From the IMG/VR virus record IMGVR_UViG_3300038443_000757, positions 1 to 20,613 of that record: DNA of 20,613 nucleotides; one strand, written 5' to 3'. Made by a program: the position numbers and the translations under genes. Under the pieces are notes generated by a model. The model was not told where the DNA came from. It did not search any database and saw only the letters and a program-made list of their open reading frames with translations. This document shows positions 8,158 through 15,397 of this stretch, in pieces (positions within the stretch are counted from its first letter, which is position 1; every line of letters begins with the position of its first letter). The stretch is from a virus. Taxonomy: Duplodnaviria; Heunggongvirae; Uroviricota; Caudoviricetes.

Positions 8158-8439
8158 ATGATTATTGTATTCGAATGTGGTATGTCTAAAGGACAAATAG
8201 TTGAAGTTGATTCAGATATTACACGTACTTATTGGCGCTTCGTTGTTAAAATGGAAGACAACAAAGTCTTTGAAGGCGAATCATATTCGACGCCTAAACA
8301 TTGGAGCAATGAACGTGTGGCGAAGGAATTGATTGAATGGGGAATTCATGAGTTGGGCGAAGAAATTGATTATTACGGAATATTCAATCTTAACGATGAA
8401 GATAGTCCAATCATTGATTCAATTCACGTGCTCGCATAA
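8158..8439 (+). CDS. Hypothetical protein, 93 aa, acidic
   Basis: Track ORF 8149..8439; exact start uncertain. Confidence 0.82.
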   Translation: MIIVFECGMSKGQIVEVDSDITRTYWRFVVKMEDNKVFEGESYSTPKHWSNERVAKELIEWGIHELGEEIDYYGIFNLNDEDSPIIDSIHVLA

Positions 8440-8489
8440 TGCGAGCAGTGTCGCGGTATACACAAATACAAAAATAAATGATGATGGAC

Positions 8490-8519
8490 TTGCATAATTC
8501 AACGGGATACGTGTATACT
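8490..8519 (+). promoter_or_regulatory. Possible sigma-A promoter for the helicase
   Basis: TTGCAT-N18-TATACT. Confidence 0.5.
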
Positions 8520-8570
8520 AATAAGAGTTAGACAAATGCAATATAAAACAAGCTAATGGAGATGATGAAG

Positions 8571-10610
8571 ATGGCACGTACACCAAAAAAGGTTGTAGTA
8601 CCAATGAAAGATGAATTACTCAAAGGATTGAATGAATCGCAATTGAAAGCTGTTCTTGCAACGGAAGGTGCAATTCAAATTTGTGCAGTAGCGGGAAGTG
8701 GAAAAACGCGCGTACTTACTACGCGAACAGCGTACATGATTAACGTACTTAACATCATTTCTGATTCAATTGCACTTATGACATTCACTAAAAAAGCCGC
8801 TACTGAAATGGAAGAACGTTTGAAGCCTCTTATTAGTAAAACAGATTTAGAAGCAATGTTTTGTGGCACTTCTCACTCGTTTGGCTATAAAGTATTGGCA
8901 CGTGAATACAAAGCAATGAACCATCCTTTGCAGGACTTTTGCAATCCGAAGCGTGATGCAAAAAATCCCGGTGTTCTTATTGGTAACAGTCAAATGTGGT
9001 TTGCTGAAGAAGTAAAACAGAACTTGCTTAAAAGCTTTATGATTGAAGCAGACGTAAAGAAGGCATTAAAAGATGCACACAACAAAGTGTTGTTAGCAGT
9101 AGTTGGGAATGCAAAGAACAAAGGTATGGATTGCAATCAATTTGAAGCAGAACACGCAATGGATGCCTCTCCTACAATGTGGGCATACATTAACTTTTAC
9201 AAGCAATATGAACAAATGAAATATGCAAGGCTTGCAATTGATGGTGATGATATGCTTTTCCTCACTGTTCGTTTGTTTCGTGAACATCCAGAAATTCTTA
9301 AAAAGTATCAAGGTAAAATTAAGTACATTATGATTGACGAAACACAAGACAACAATCCTACGCAATACGAATTAGCAAAAAAACTTATTCATCCTGAAAA
9401 CAACATTTTTGTTGTTGGTGATGACGATCAATCCATGTATAGCTTTCGTGGCGCTTCGCCTGAATCTTTCGTACAATTTGACAAACTGTTTTCAAATGTT
9501 CAAATGATTGGCTTGGAGCATAATTATCGTAGCCATCCTGAAATTCTGAATGTTGCAAACAAACTAATTGAAAATAACAAATTCAGAATTCAAAAGAAGC
9601 TTATTCCGCATAGTCAAGCAGATGGCAAGGCTGTTTTCTACTCGCACCATAAAAATGAAACAGAAGAAGCAAATGAGGCAGTAGAGGAAATTAAGACGTT
9701 GAAAGAAATTAAAGGCATTGAATACAAAGACATGTTTGTACTTTATCGTACCAATGCTCAAAACAAAGAATTTGAAGATGTTCTTATCTCTAATGGCATT
9801 CCATACGTTATTCATGGCGGTATGTCATTTTATGAGCGCAAAGAAGTAAAAGATATTATGTCATACCTTCGTCTTGTACTGAATACAAGTGACGATGAAG
9901 CATTTGAACGAGTATACAATACTCCAAGCCGCTATGTAGGTAAAGCATACCTTGCTAAATTGAAGGCAGTTAAAGGGTGTTCTTTGTGGGATGCAGTAAA
10001 CAAAGTAAATCTTACGCCTACAGAAAAAACAGCAAGTAACAGCTTCAAAGTATTGGTTAACAGCATGAAACAGCTTATGAAAGAAGATAACAAAACGGCG
10101 GCAGATTTAATTAAATACTTGCTTGAAAATGGTTATGCTGAACATTTGAAAAAGAATGATGATGAAGACGAAGAAGAAAAGGAAAATCCAATCGTTAACA
10201 AAATGATTCACTTTGCAAGCCGTTTTGAAAAGCTTGACAGTCTTGTGAAATATGTTGACATGATGATTAAGAAAAGACGTTCTAGTGTCAATGGCGTTCA
10301 GATGATGTCAGTTCATCGTAGTAAAGGATTAGAGGCTGAAGTTGTTTTTGGAATTGGTGTAAATGAAAATCTTCTTCCGCACTACAAGTCAATTGAAAAG
10401 GAAATTTGTGGTGATGATTCAGCAATTGAAGAGGAAAGAAGACTTGCTTATGTGCTGGTAACACGTGCTAAACAGTTATGCTTCCTCTCTTCAACGTCAA
10501 CATTCAATGGAAAAGATTGTGGTGCTAGTCGATTCATTGAAGAAATGGGATTAGAAGCTGTTATTGATGAAGACAAAGAAATTGAAGAAAATGAGGAAGA
10601 AGCGGTTTAA
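8571..10610 (+). CDS. Superfamily 1A ATP-dependent DNA helicase, UvrD/PcrA/Rep family
   Basis: Motifs AGSGKT (I), TFTKKAA (Ia), DETQD (II), VGDDDQSMYSFRGA (III), NYRS (IV), MSVHRSKGLE (V), EERRLAYVLVTRA (VI); RBS GGAGATGATGA. Confidence 0.95.
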   Translation: MARTPKKVVVPMKDELLKGLNESQLKAVLATEGAIQICAVAGSGKTRVLTTRTAYMINVLNIISDSIALMTFTKKAATEMEERLKPLISKTDLEAMFCGTSHSFGYKVLAREYKAMNHPLQDFCNPKRDAKNPGVLIGNSQMWFAEEVKQNLLKSFMIEADVKKALKDAHNKVLLAVVGNAKNKGMDCNQFEAEHAMDASPTMWAYINFYKQYEQMKYARLAIDGDDMLFLTVRLFREHPEILKKYQGKIKYIMIDETQDNNPTQYELAKKLIHPENNIFVVGDDDQSMYSFRGASPESFVQFDKLFSNVQMIGLEHNYRSHPEILNVANKLIENNKFRIQKKLIPHSQADGKAVFYSHHKNETEEANEAVEEIKTLKEIKGIEYKDMFVLYRTNAQNKEFEDVLISNGIPYVIHGGMSFYERKEVKDIMSYLRLVLNTSDDEAFERVYNTPSRYVGKAYLAKLKAVKGCSLWDAVNKVNLTPTEKTASNSFKVLVNSMKQLMKEDNKTAADLIKYLLENGYAEHLKKNDDEDEEEKENPIVNKMIHFASRFEKLDSLVKYVDMMIKKRRSSVNGVQMMSVHRSKGLEAEVVFGIGVNENLLPHYKSIEKEICGDDSAIEEERRLAYVLVTRAKQLCFLSSTSTFNGKDCGASRFIEEMGLEAVIDEDKEIEENEEEAV

Positions 10611-10640
10611 GCCGCTTCTTCCCTTTGGGGAGGAATTGTG

Positions 10641-10844
10641 ATGAACAATATAGATAAAGTATTCAATGCACTTCCAGATGGAGAAGAATTAAAAGCTGAA
10701 TTGAAGCAATTAGAAGACATGAGAACACTGCATGCAAGACGACAAAGTGAAGTGGTTGCCTTTTATTACATTGAACTTATTAGATTTTGGGAAAAAGTAG
10801 CGGTTAAATTGGAGGAAGTAATTTCTGAAAATATGGAATGGTAA
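10641..10844 (+). CDS. Hypothetical protein, 67 aa
   Basis: ORF track; RBS GGGGAGGA. Confidence 0.8.
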   Translation: MNNIDKVFNALPDGEELKAELKQLEDMRTLHARRQSEVVAFYYIELIRFWEKVAVKLEEVISENMEW

Positions 10845-10860
10845 GGCAGTAAAAATAATT

Positions 10861-10945
10861 TGAGAGAGTAGCATAAAGCTACTCTCTCATTAATAGAATA
10901 ATAGTGTAGCGGATAACCGCAAATAACAACGTGGAGTGATGAACA
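10861..10945 (+). repeat. Outlying module: 12-bp stem hairpin, GTGTAGCG core (10904), GGAGTGATGA RBS
   Basis: TGAGAGAGTAGC/GCTACTCTCTCA; here the core is 14 nt from the hairpin; core tail GTGTAGCGGATAACCGCAAATAAC resembles those at 1871 and 5662. Confidence 0.8.
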
Positions 10946-11188
10946 GTGACAACGGCAACGGCTAATGCGACTTGGACAATGGAGAAGTCAATCATTGTAG
11001 GCAATGCATTCCTGTATGATAAGGCTGGCAAACGGCATTATGTCCATTTCCAAATTCCTGATCAAAAGGACAGAATACTAGTCACGACTATCAAAGGGAT
11101 GAAACCTGCAAAGCTTACAAAAGGTGTCATTTCAATGGTCCAAGAACAAGTTAAGGCGTGGACAGGAGAAGAAAAGAAAGTGTATTAA
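10946..11188 (+). CDS. Hypothetical protein, 80 aa (GTG start)
   Basis: ORF track; module RBS. Confidence 0.8.
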   Translation: MTTATANATWTMEKSIIVGNAFLYDKAGKRHYVHFQIPDQKDRILVTTIKGMKPAKLTKGVISMVQEQVKAWTGEEKKVY

Positions 11189-11194
11189 ACAGTG

Positions 11195-11259
11195 AAGAGG
11201 CGCTAACTATGCGCCTCTTTTGTGTCGCGTGACCAAAAAAATTAAGGGAGATGATTAAA
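11195..11259 (+). repeat. Outlying module: hairpin + GTGTCGCG (11222) + RBS
   Basis: AAGAGGCGC/GCGCCTCTT, then TTGTGTCGCGTGACCAAAA. Confidence 0.85.
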
Positions 11260-11796
11260 GTGAAAAAGGGTTTTGTTATTAGCACTGCAATTGCAATGAC
11301 GTTCGCACTGTCTGCTTGTGGTAGCAATGGAAACGTACTAAACAGCAACAAATCTGCATTGCAACAAAATGTAAAGGTTGAACAGGTTGACGCTTCGCTT
11401 ATTACTGCTGATGAACAGAAATATCTTGATGATTTAAGTAGTTACATGAACAATATGCAAACGTCACTGGATGCGCTTAAACAATTGCTTGACAGTCTTA
11501 GTCTTAAAGATACGGAATTGTGGCAAAAGCAATTTTCTGATATTACGGAAGTATACAGATTGTATATTGAAATTCTTAAGGCACAACCTTATCCTGAACG
11601 CCTGAAAGATGTTCACGATGCCTTCCTTGAAGCTACTACTGAACAATATAATGCTATTTTGCTACTGAAAGAAGGGCTTGACAATTCTGATTCTTCTAAA
11701 GTGAGTGAAGGTGTTGAGCACTTGAACAAGGCTAAAGTTGAAATTGAACGTTATGGCCTGTATGTTACAGAATTTAAAACTGGCAAACATAATTAA
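11260..11796 (+). CDS. Putative lipoprotein, 178 aa, alpha-helical
   Basis: MKKGFVISTAIAMTFALSAC: basic N-terminus, hydrophobic core, lipobox LSAC. Confidence 0.85.
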   Translation: MKKGFVISTAIAMTFALSACGSNGNVLNSNKSALQQNVKVEQVDASLITADEQKYLDDLSSYMNNMQTSLDALKQLLDSLSLKDTELWQKQFSDITEVYRLYIEILKAQPYPERLKDVHDAFLEATTEQYNAILLLKEGLDNSDSSKVSEGVEHLNKAKVEIERYGLYVTEFKTGKHN

Positions 11797-11797
11797 T

Positions 11798-11813
11798 TGT
11801 TCTACGTGAAACA
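11798..11813. other. parS: parS-like site, one mismatch
   Basis: TGTTCTACGTGAAACA within TAATTGTT...AACAATTA. Confidence 0.7.
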
Positions 11814-11838
11814 ATTAAAATTTTTTCTTATATTTGTC

Positions 11839-11867
11839 TTGACATTATTAGGAATCGGGAATAAAAT
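11839..11867 (+). promoter_or_regulatory. Sigma-A promoter
   Basis: TTGACA-N17-TAAAAT with upstream AT-rich tract. Confidence 0.8.
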
Positions 11868-11900
11868 ACAAGTAACAGAATAACAAAGGAGAGATGGACA

Positions 11901-12341
11901 ATGCCAAATTATGTGCCATTCACACGTGAAGAGTTTGAGCTTGAACTTGATGCAATTGCACACATGAATGAATTGAAGGTTAAAACAGTCAAGAAGACAG
12001 GCGTGTATGAAATCATGTATGACTTATCTACTGCCAATCCTGCAATTCACTGTCTTATCTACTCCACCATTCCAAGCGGACAAAACAATGAAGCACGTGA
12101 CGCTGGAAAGGATGCTGTTCGTGTTCAACTTTGGATTAAAACGGAAGATGAAGTAAAGTTCAAGAACTTTAAAACTCATTATAGAACGGAAAACTTCTTT
12201 AAGAATTTGGCAAAAACAATTGACGAAGTGCAGGAATATGTGAATGGCGATCTTGCTAAAAAATGGTTGTGGGCCGCTAACAAAACAGCAAGAGAAAAGG
12301 TTAAAGCAGAACAAAAGAAAGCGGCTAATAATAATTGGTAA
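11901..12341 (+). CDS. Hypothetical protein, 146 aa (IYSTI...ARDAGKDAVRV motif)
   Basis: ORF track; RBS AAAGGAG. Confidence 0.88.
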   Translation: MPNYVPFTREEFELELDAIAHMNELKVKTVKKTGVYEIMYDLSTANPAIHCLIYSTIPSGQNNEARDAGKDAVRVQLWIKTEDEVKFKNFKTHYRTENFFKNLAKTIDEVQEYVNGDLAKKWLWAANKTAREKVKAEQKKAANNNW

Positions 12342-12394
12342 TAAATTTAGTCTAAATAAAATGTGAGTTCAATTTAGAAGGGAGTAGTAACAAA

Positions 12395-12532
12395 ATGATT
12401 CAAGTATCCAAGGAAGAGTATGACGTTATCAAAAAAATTCTTATTGATGGAACGAATGAAGTCTATGTAACCATTACAGATGGCGAGAGAGAAATTGTAA
12501 TTATCATGGAAGATGCTTACGAAAAAAACTAA
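12395..12532 (+). CDS. Hypothetical protein, 45 aa, acidic
   Basis: Read by hand; RBS AAGGGAG at 12378-12384. Confidence 0.65.
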   Translation: MIQVSKEEYDVIKKILIDGTNEVYVTITDGEREIVIIMEDAYEKN

Positions 12533-12692
12533 TTATCCAAATGGAACTAAGCAGATTACAGATAAATCCAAAGTTACTGGCGTTTCGTGGGATAATATAG
12601 AACGATTTTCGTGGGAAAACAGATGCGGCTTCCCAGTGAAGCCAAGCAATATAAGGAATTTTATAGTGTCCCAAACTTCTTGACAAAATAGT

Positions 12693-12711
12693 GAGCGGCT
12701 ATTTGCCGCTC
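12693..12711 (+). terminator. Hairpin, possible terminator
   Basis: GAGCGGC-TATTT-GCCGCTC; no strong U-tract and no GTGTYGCG core. Confidence 0.4.
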
Positions 12712-12741
12712 TACATATTATTCTAATAGGAGAGTGTTAAT

Positions 12742-13017
12742 ATGAAGCATTTTATTTCTGATGAACATTACAAGGACGAAAGTATGTTTAAACGTGATTT
12801 CGAATTGGCTGACAGGAAGACTATGCCGCATTTAAAACTTGAAAGCATGTTCTGTGAACGAAAGATTAGACAAAACCTTGAACAAATTGATAGAATGCTT
12901 GACAAAATTAACTCTACTACTGATGAACAAGTTATAGAGGCTTGCAAACGCTCTATTGAAAGAGCCTATAATTTTCTAGTCGAAGCAGAATATTATCCAG
13001 CTAAAATTAGTAGTTGA
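12742..13017 (+). CDS. Hypothetical protein, 91 aa
   Basis: ORF track; RBS AGGAGAG. Confidence 0.85.
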   Translation: MKHFISDEHYKDESMFKRDFELADRKTMPHLKLESMFCERKIRQNLEQIDRMLDKINSTTDEQVIEACKRSIERAYNFLVEAEYYPAKISS

Positions 13018-13042
13018 CAAGTATTGTTATTTTTAATAGATT
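13014..13042 (+). promoter_or_regulatory. Probable sigma-A promoter
   Basis: TTGACA-N17-TAGATT. Confidence 0.55.
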
Positions 13043-13081
13043 TATAGATATAAAATAAAACAAATGAAAGAGGTAATGAAA

Positions 13082-13732
13082 ATGTCTGTTGCAATTGCTG
13101 AACTTCTTAATCCATCTATGCTTAATAAAATTAATGGAGTTGCTGAAAGCGTTATTGAAGGAGCTAAGAAGGGATTGAATCCTGATGTTATTCTAATGAC
13201 TGACCATGCCTACAGTCGTGCAAAATCACGCTTTGGACTTAAGGAAGAGCCAGTGGCATTAGAACACTTCAGGAATCTTTTAAAACGTGCAATCTTTATT
13301 TCTGAAACTGTATGCGAAGAGACTGAAAGAAGAGCTTGTATGTATGGAGTAAGAGGAACTTCAGGACATATTTGCATTATTGTAAGTTTGGACTTTCTGG
13401 AAATTTTAACAGTTTACAATGTCAGAACAATGACATTCGCAGAAGTGTTAAAAGATAAAGTTAAAAATATGTACAATTCAGAATTGCGTAAAGCATTACG
13501 TAAAGAACGTGGATTATTAAAAAAGAAACCTATTATTGAAACTGATGCTTACGCTAAAATTTATACTTCTAAATTAAATATTCTTAAAACCGTTTCTAAG
13601 AAGAAAATTGCAATAGAAAAAGAAATTATTGCTGAGAATGAAGCAATAATTGCTAACTTTGCCAAAGAACTAGAATCTATTCAATCTGCCATTAGAAGTT
13701 TGGCGCGTGCTGTAATTGGACTTATAGAATAG
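13082..13732 (+). CDS. Hypothetical protein, 216 aa; N-terminal TxHAxxR motif (DUF4258/RelE-like?) and C-terminal coiled coil
   Basis: LMTDHAYSRAKSRF; family assignment is tentative; RBS GAGGT. Confidence 0.75.
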   Translation: MSVAIAELLNPSMLNKINGVAESVIEGAKKGLNPDVILMTDHAYSRAKSRFGLKEEPVALEHFRNLLKRAIFISETVCEETERRACMYGVRGTSGHICIIVSLDFLEILTVYNVRTMTFAEVLKDKVKNMYNSELRKALRKERGLLKKKPIIETDAYAKIYTSKLNILKTVSKKKIAIEKEIIAENEAIIANFAKELESIQSAIRSLARAVIGLIE

Positions 13733-13769
13733 ATGTAAGATAAAATAAATCTTAGGAGAGATGATTTAG

Positions 13770-14405
13770 ATGACCTTGAAAATTGTCCAAACTATCAATC
13801 AATCCATTGTTGATTATGTAGCTAAGGCAATCGAAGAATATGAAAAAGGCAGAGAAGGTTACATTGACAACTATGAAAGAGCAAGTATGTATAAACCTTT
13901 GTCAAGCTACTTCACTAAGCAAATTGGTGGTGGGTGTAATGGAGAAGTATTTGAATATGAAGGTTATGCTGTCAAATATTTTTCTGGTGCTGAACAATAT
14001 TGCAATGATGGTAAAATGCTTGAAGCTCTTAATGGTTCTCCGTACTTCCCTACAGTATATGCCCATGATAAAGATTTTATGATTATGGAAAGAATAATTG
14101 GATACTCTTTAGATGATTATTGTGTAGAATACGATAAGTTAAAGAATAAACTTCAAGTTTCTCCAGCTTTTAAATATCACCTAGAGAAAGCGTTTGAGCA
14201 TGCTGACAAAAGAGGCGTGGAGCTTACTGATTTAAAGAAAAGTAATATCATGATAAATGAAAGCGGCCTTCCTGTTATTGTTGATGCTGGAACATTTTAC
14301 CTTAAAGGTGAATTCCCTCCATTTAATATTGGCGGCAAGAGTTATTGCCTTGGATGGTGCAAGGAATTCATGGAGCAATATTGTAAATTTGAACTTGCAG
14401 TCTAA
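13770..14405 (+). CDS. Ser/Thr protein-kinase-like protein, 211 aa
   Basis: IGGGCNGEVF (Gly loop), AVKY, DLKKSNIM (catalytic loop), IVDAG (DFG-equivalent). Confidence 0.88.
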   Translation: MTLKIVQTINQSIVDYVAKAIEEYEKGREGYIDNYERASMYKPLSSYFTKQIGGGCNGEVFEYEGYAVKYFSGAEQYCNDGKMLEALNGSPYFPTVYAHDKDFMIMERIIGYSLDDYCVEYDKLKNKLQVSPAFKYHLEKAFEHADKRGVELTDLKKSNIMINESGLPVIVDAGTFYLKGEFPPFNIGGKSYCLGWCKEFMEQYCKFELAV

Positions 14406-14429
14406 TAACCAATAAGGGAGATAATGACA

Positions 14430-15110
14430 ATGGAACATATTAAAAATGAAACTGTTATTGTCGGCGGCATTAGTAAGATGCTTGTTCAAAAGATTGAAAA
14501 AATGATTGATGAACATGGCATTAATAATCTTAAAAAACTTGGATATGGCGCATTTGGAATTGTTTATGCACTTGGGAATTATGCAATTAAAATTTATGCA
14601 GGTTGTTTCAATGAAGATGAAGAATCTAATTGGGATGCTGTTAACTTGTTAAAGCTTCAAGGAAAAGATTCTCCATTCCTTAAATTATATGCTTATCATC
14701 ATAAAAAATTCATGATTTACGAGCGAGTGATGACAAAAAATTTGAGTACTTATAATTATCAATCTCCAATTTTGCATAGCCTTGATTTGAAGAAGGGTTT
14801 TGCAGAACACTATATGAATTGTTTGAGATATGCATTTGAGAGAGGATTATTGCCTTTCGACGCTAAGACTGACAATGTAATGATCAAGAACGGACTTCCA
14901 GTTATTGTTGATGTCGGCAATTTCTTGGAAAATGGTGGAACTTTCTATGGTGAAACATACTCTTATAAAACTTTTGAAGACTTCTTTGCCGATAGACGTT
15001 TTGACAATAAACTTAATGAGAAGAAAGTTAAGGAATTTTATCAAAATCATGTAAGTAAGGGGTATTCAATTAAGGAAACGCATGACACACTGAAAGAATT
15101 CGTAATGTGA
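14430..15110 (+). CDS. Ser/Thr protein-kinase-like protein, about 226 aa
   Basis: LGYGAFGIVY, AIKIY, DAKTDNVM, IVDVG; alternative start at 14424. Confidence 0.88.
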   Translation: MEHIKNETVIVGGISKMLVQKIEKMIDEHGINNLKKLGYGAFGIVYALGNYAIKIYAGCFNEDEESNWDAVNLLKLQGKDSPFLKLYAYHHKKFMIYERVMTKNLSTYNYQSPILHSLDLKKGFAEHYMNCLRYAFERGLLPFDAKTDNVMIKNGLPVIVDVGNFLENGGTFYGETYSYKTFEDFFADRRFDNKLNEKKVKEFYQNHVSKGYSIKETHDTLKEFVM

Positions 15111-15117
15111 CATAAAT

Positions 15118-15133
15118 TGTTTCACGTGGAACA
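15118..15133. other. parS: parS-like site
   Basis: TGTTTCACGTGGAACA, 7 nt after the kinase stop. Confidence 0.85.
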
Positions 15134-15192
15134 TTTTCCGTTTTGCGTGAAACCGTACATATACCTTATTATATGAAATGGAGAGTGATGGC

Positions 15193-15384
15193 ATGTCTCA
15201 ATTTAAAGTTTGGGGAAATGAAAATATAATGGATAATAATAAATTGGTGGAATACTTAATCAGTAAGCATGGATATAATAAGGAAGAAGCAATTAAGTGC
15301 ATGAGACTTGCTGACAGTAAGAAAGGCGTAGCAGAATTCTTGGAGAACAAGAAGTATGCTAGGAAGATTTTTAAACTTTATTAA
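15193..15384 (+). CDS. Hypothetical protein, 63 aa
   Basis: Track ORF 15178..15384; RBS GGAGAGTGATG. Confidence 0.78.
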   Translation: MSQFKVWGNENIMDNNKLVEYLISKHGYNKEEAIKCMRLADSKKGVAEFLENKKYARKIFKLY

Positions 15385-15397
15385 GGAGATGATTGAA

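Larger units (their letters stand above)
1..8455 (+). repeat. Array of 27 intergenic modules (hairpin + GTGTYGCG core + linker + GGATGGATGA-type RBS) separating small ORFs
   Basis: Core starts at 275, 512, 851, 1130, 1400, 1871 (GTGTAGCG), 2173, 2454, 2699, 3057, 3369, 3792, 4025, 4527, 4698, 5054, 5376, 5662, 5775, 6129, 6406 and 6677 (both GTGTCGTG), 6993, 7591, 8121, 8448, plus a truncated copy (TTGCGG) at 1. Each complete core lies 0-2 nt after an inverted repeat. Confidence 0.95.

Noticed and set aside
1-8455. CRISPR array
   Set aside because: The repeats vary in sequence and the intervening segments are 80-450 bp protein-coding genes; no cas genes are present.
12513-12683. 56-aa ORF MLTKKTNYPNG...
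   Set aside because: It overlaps the previous gene and has no properly spaced RBS; possible but unsupported.
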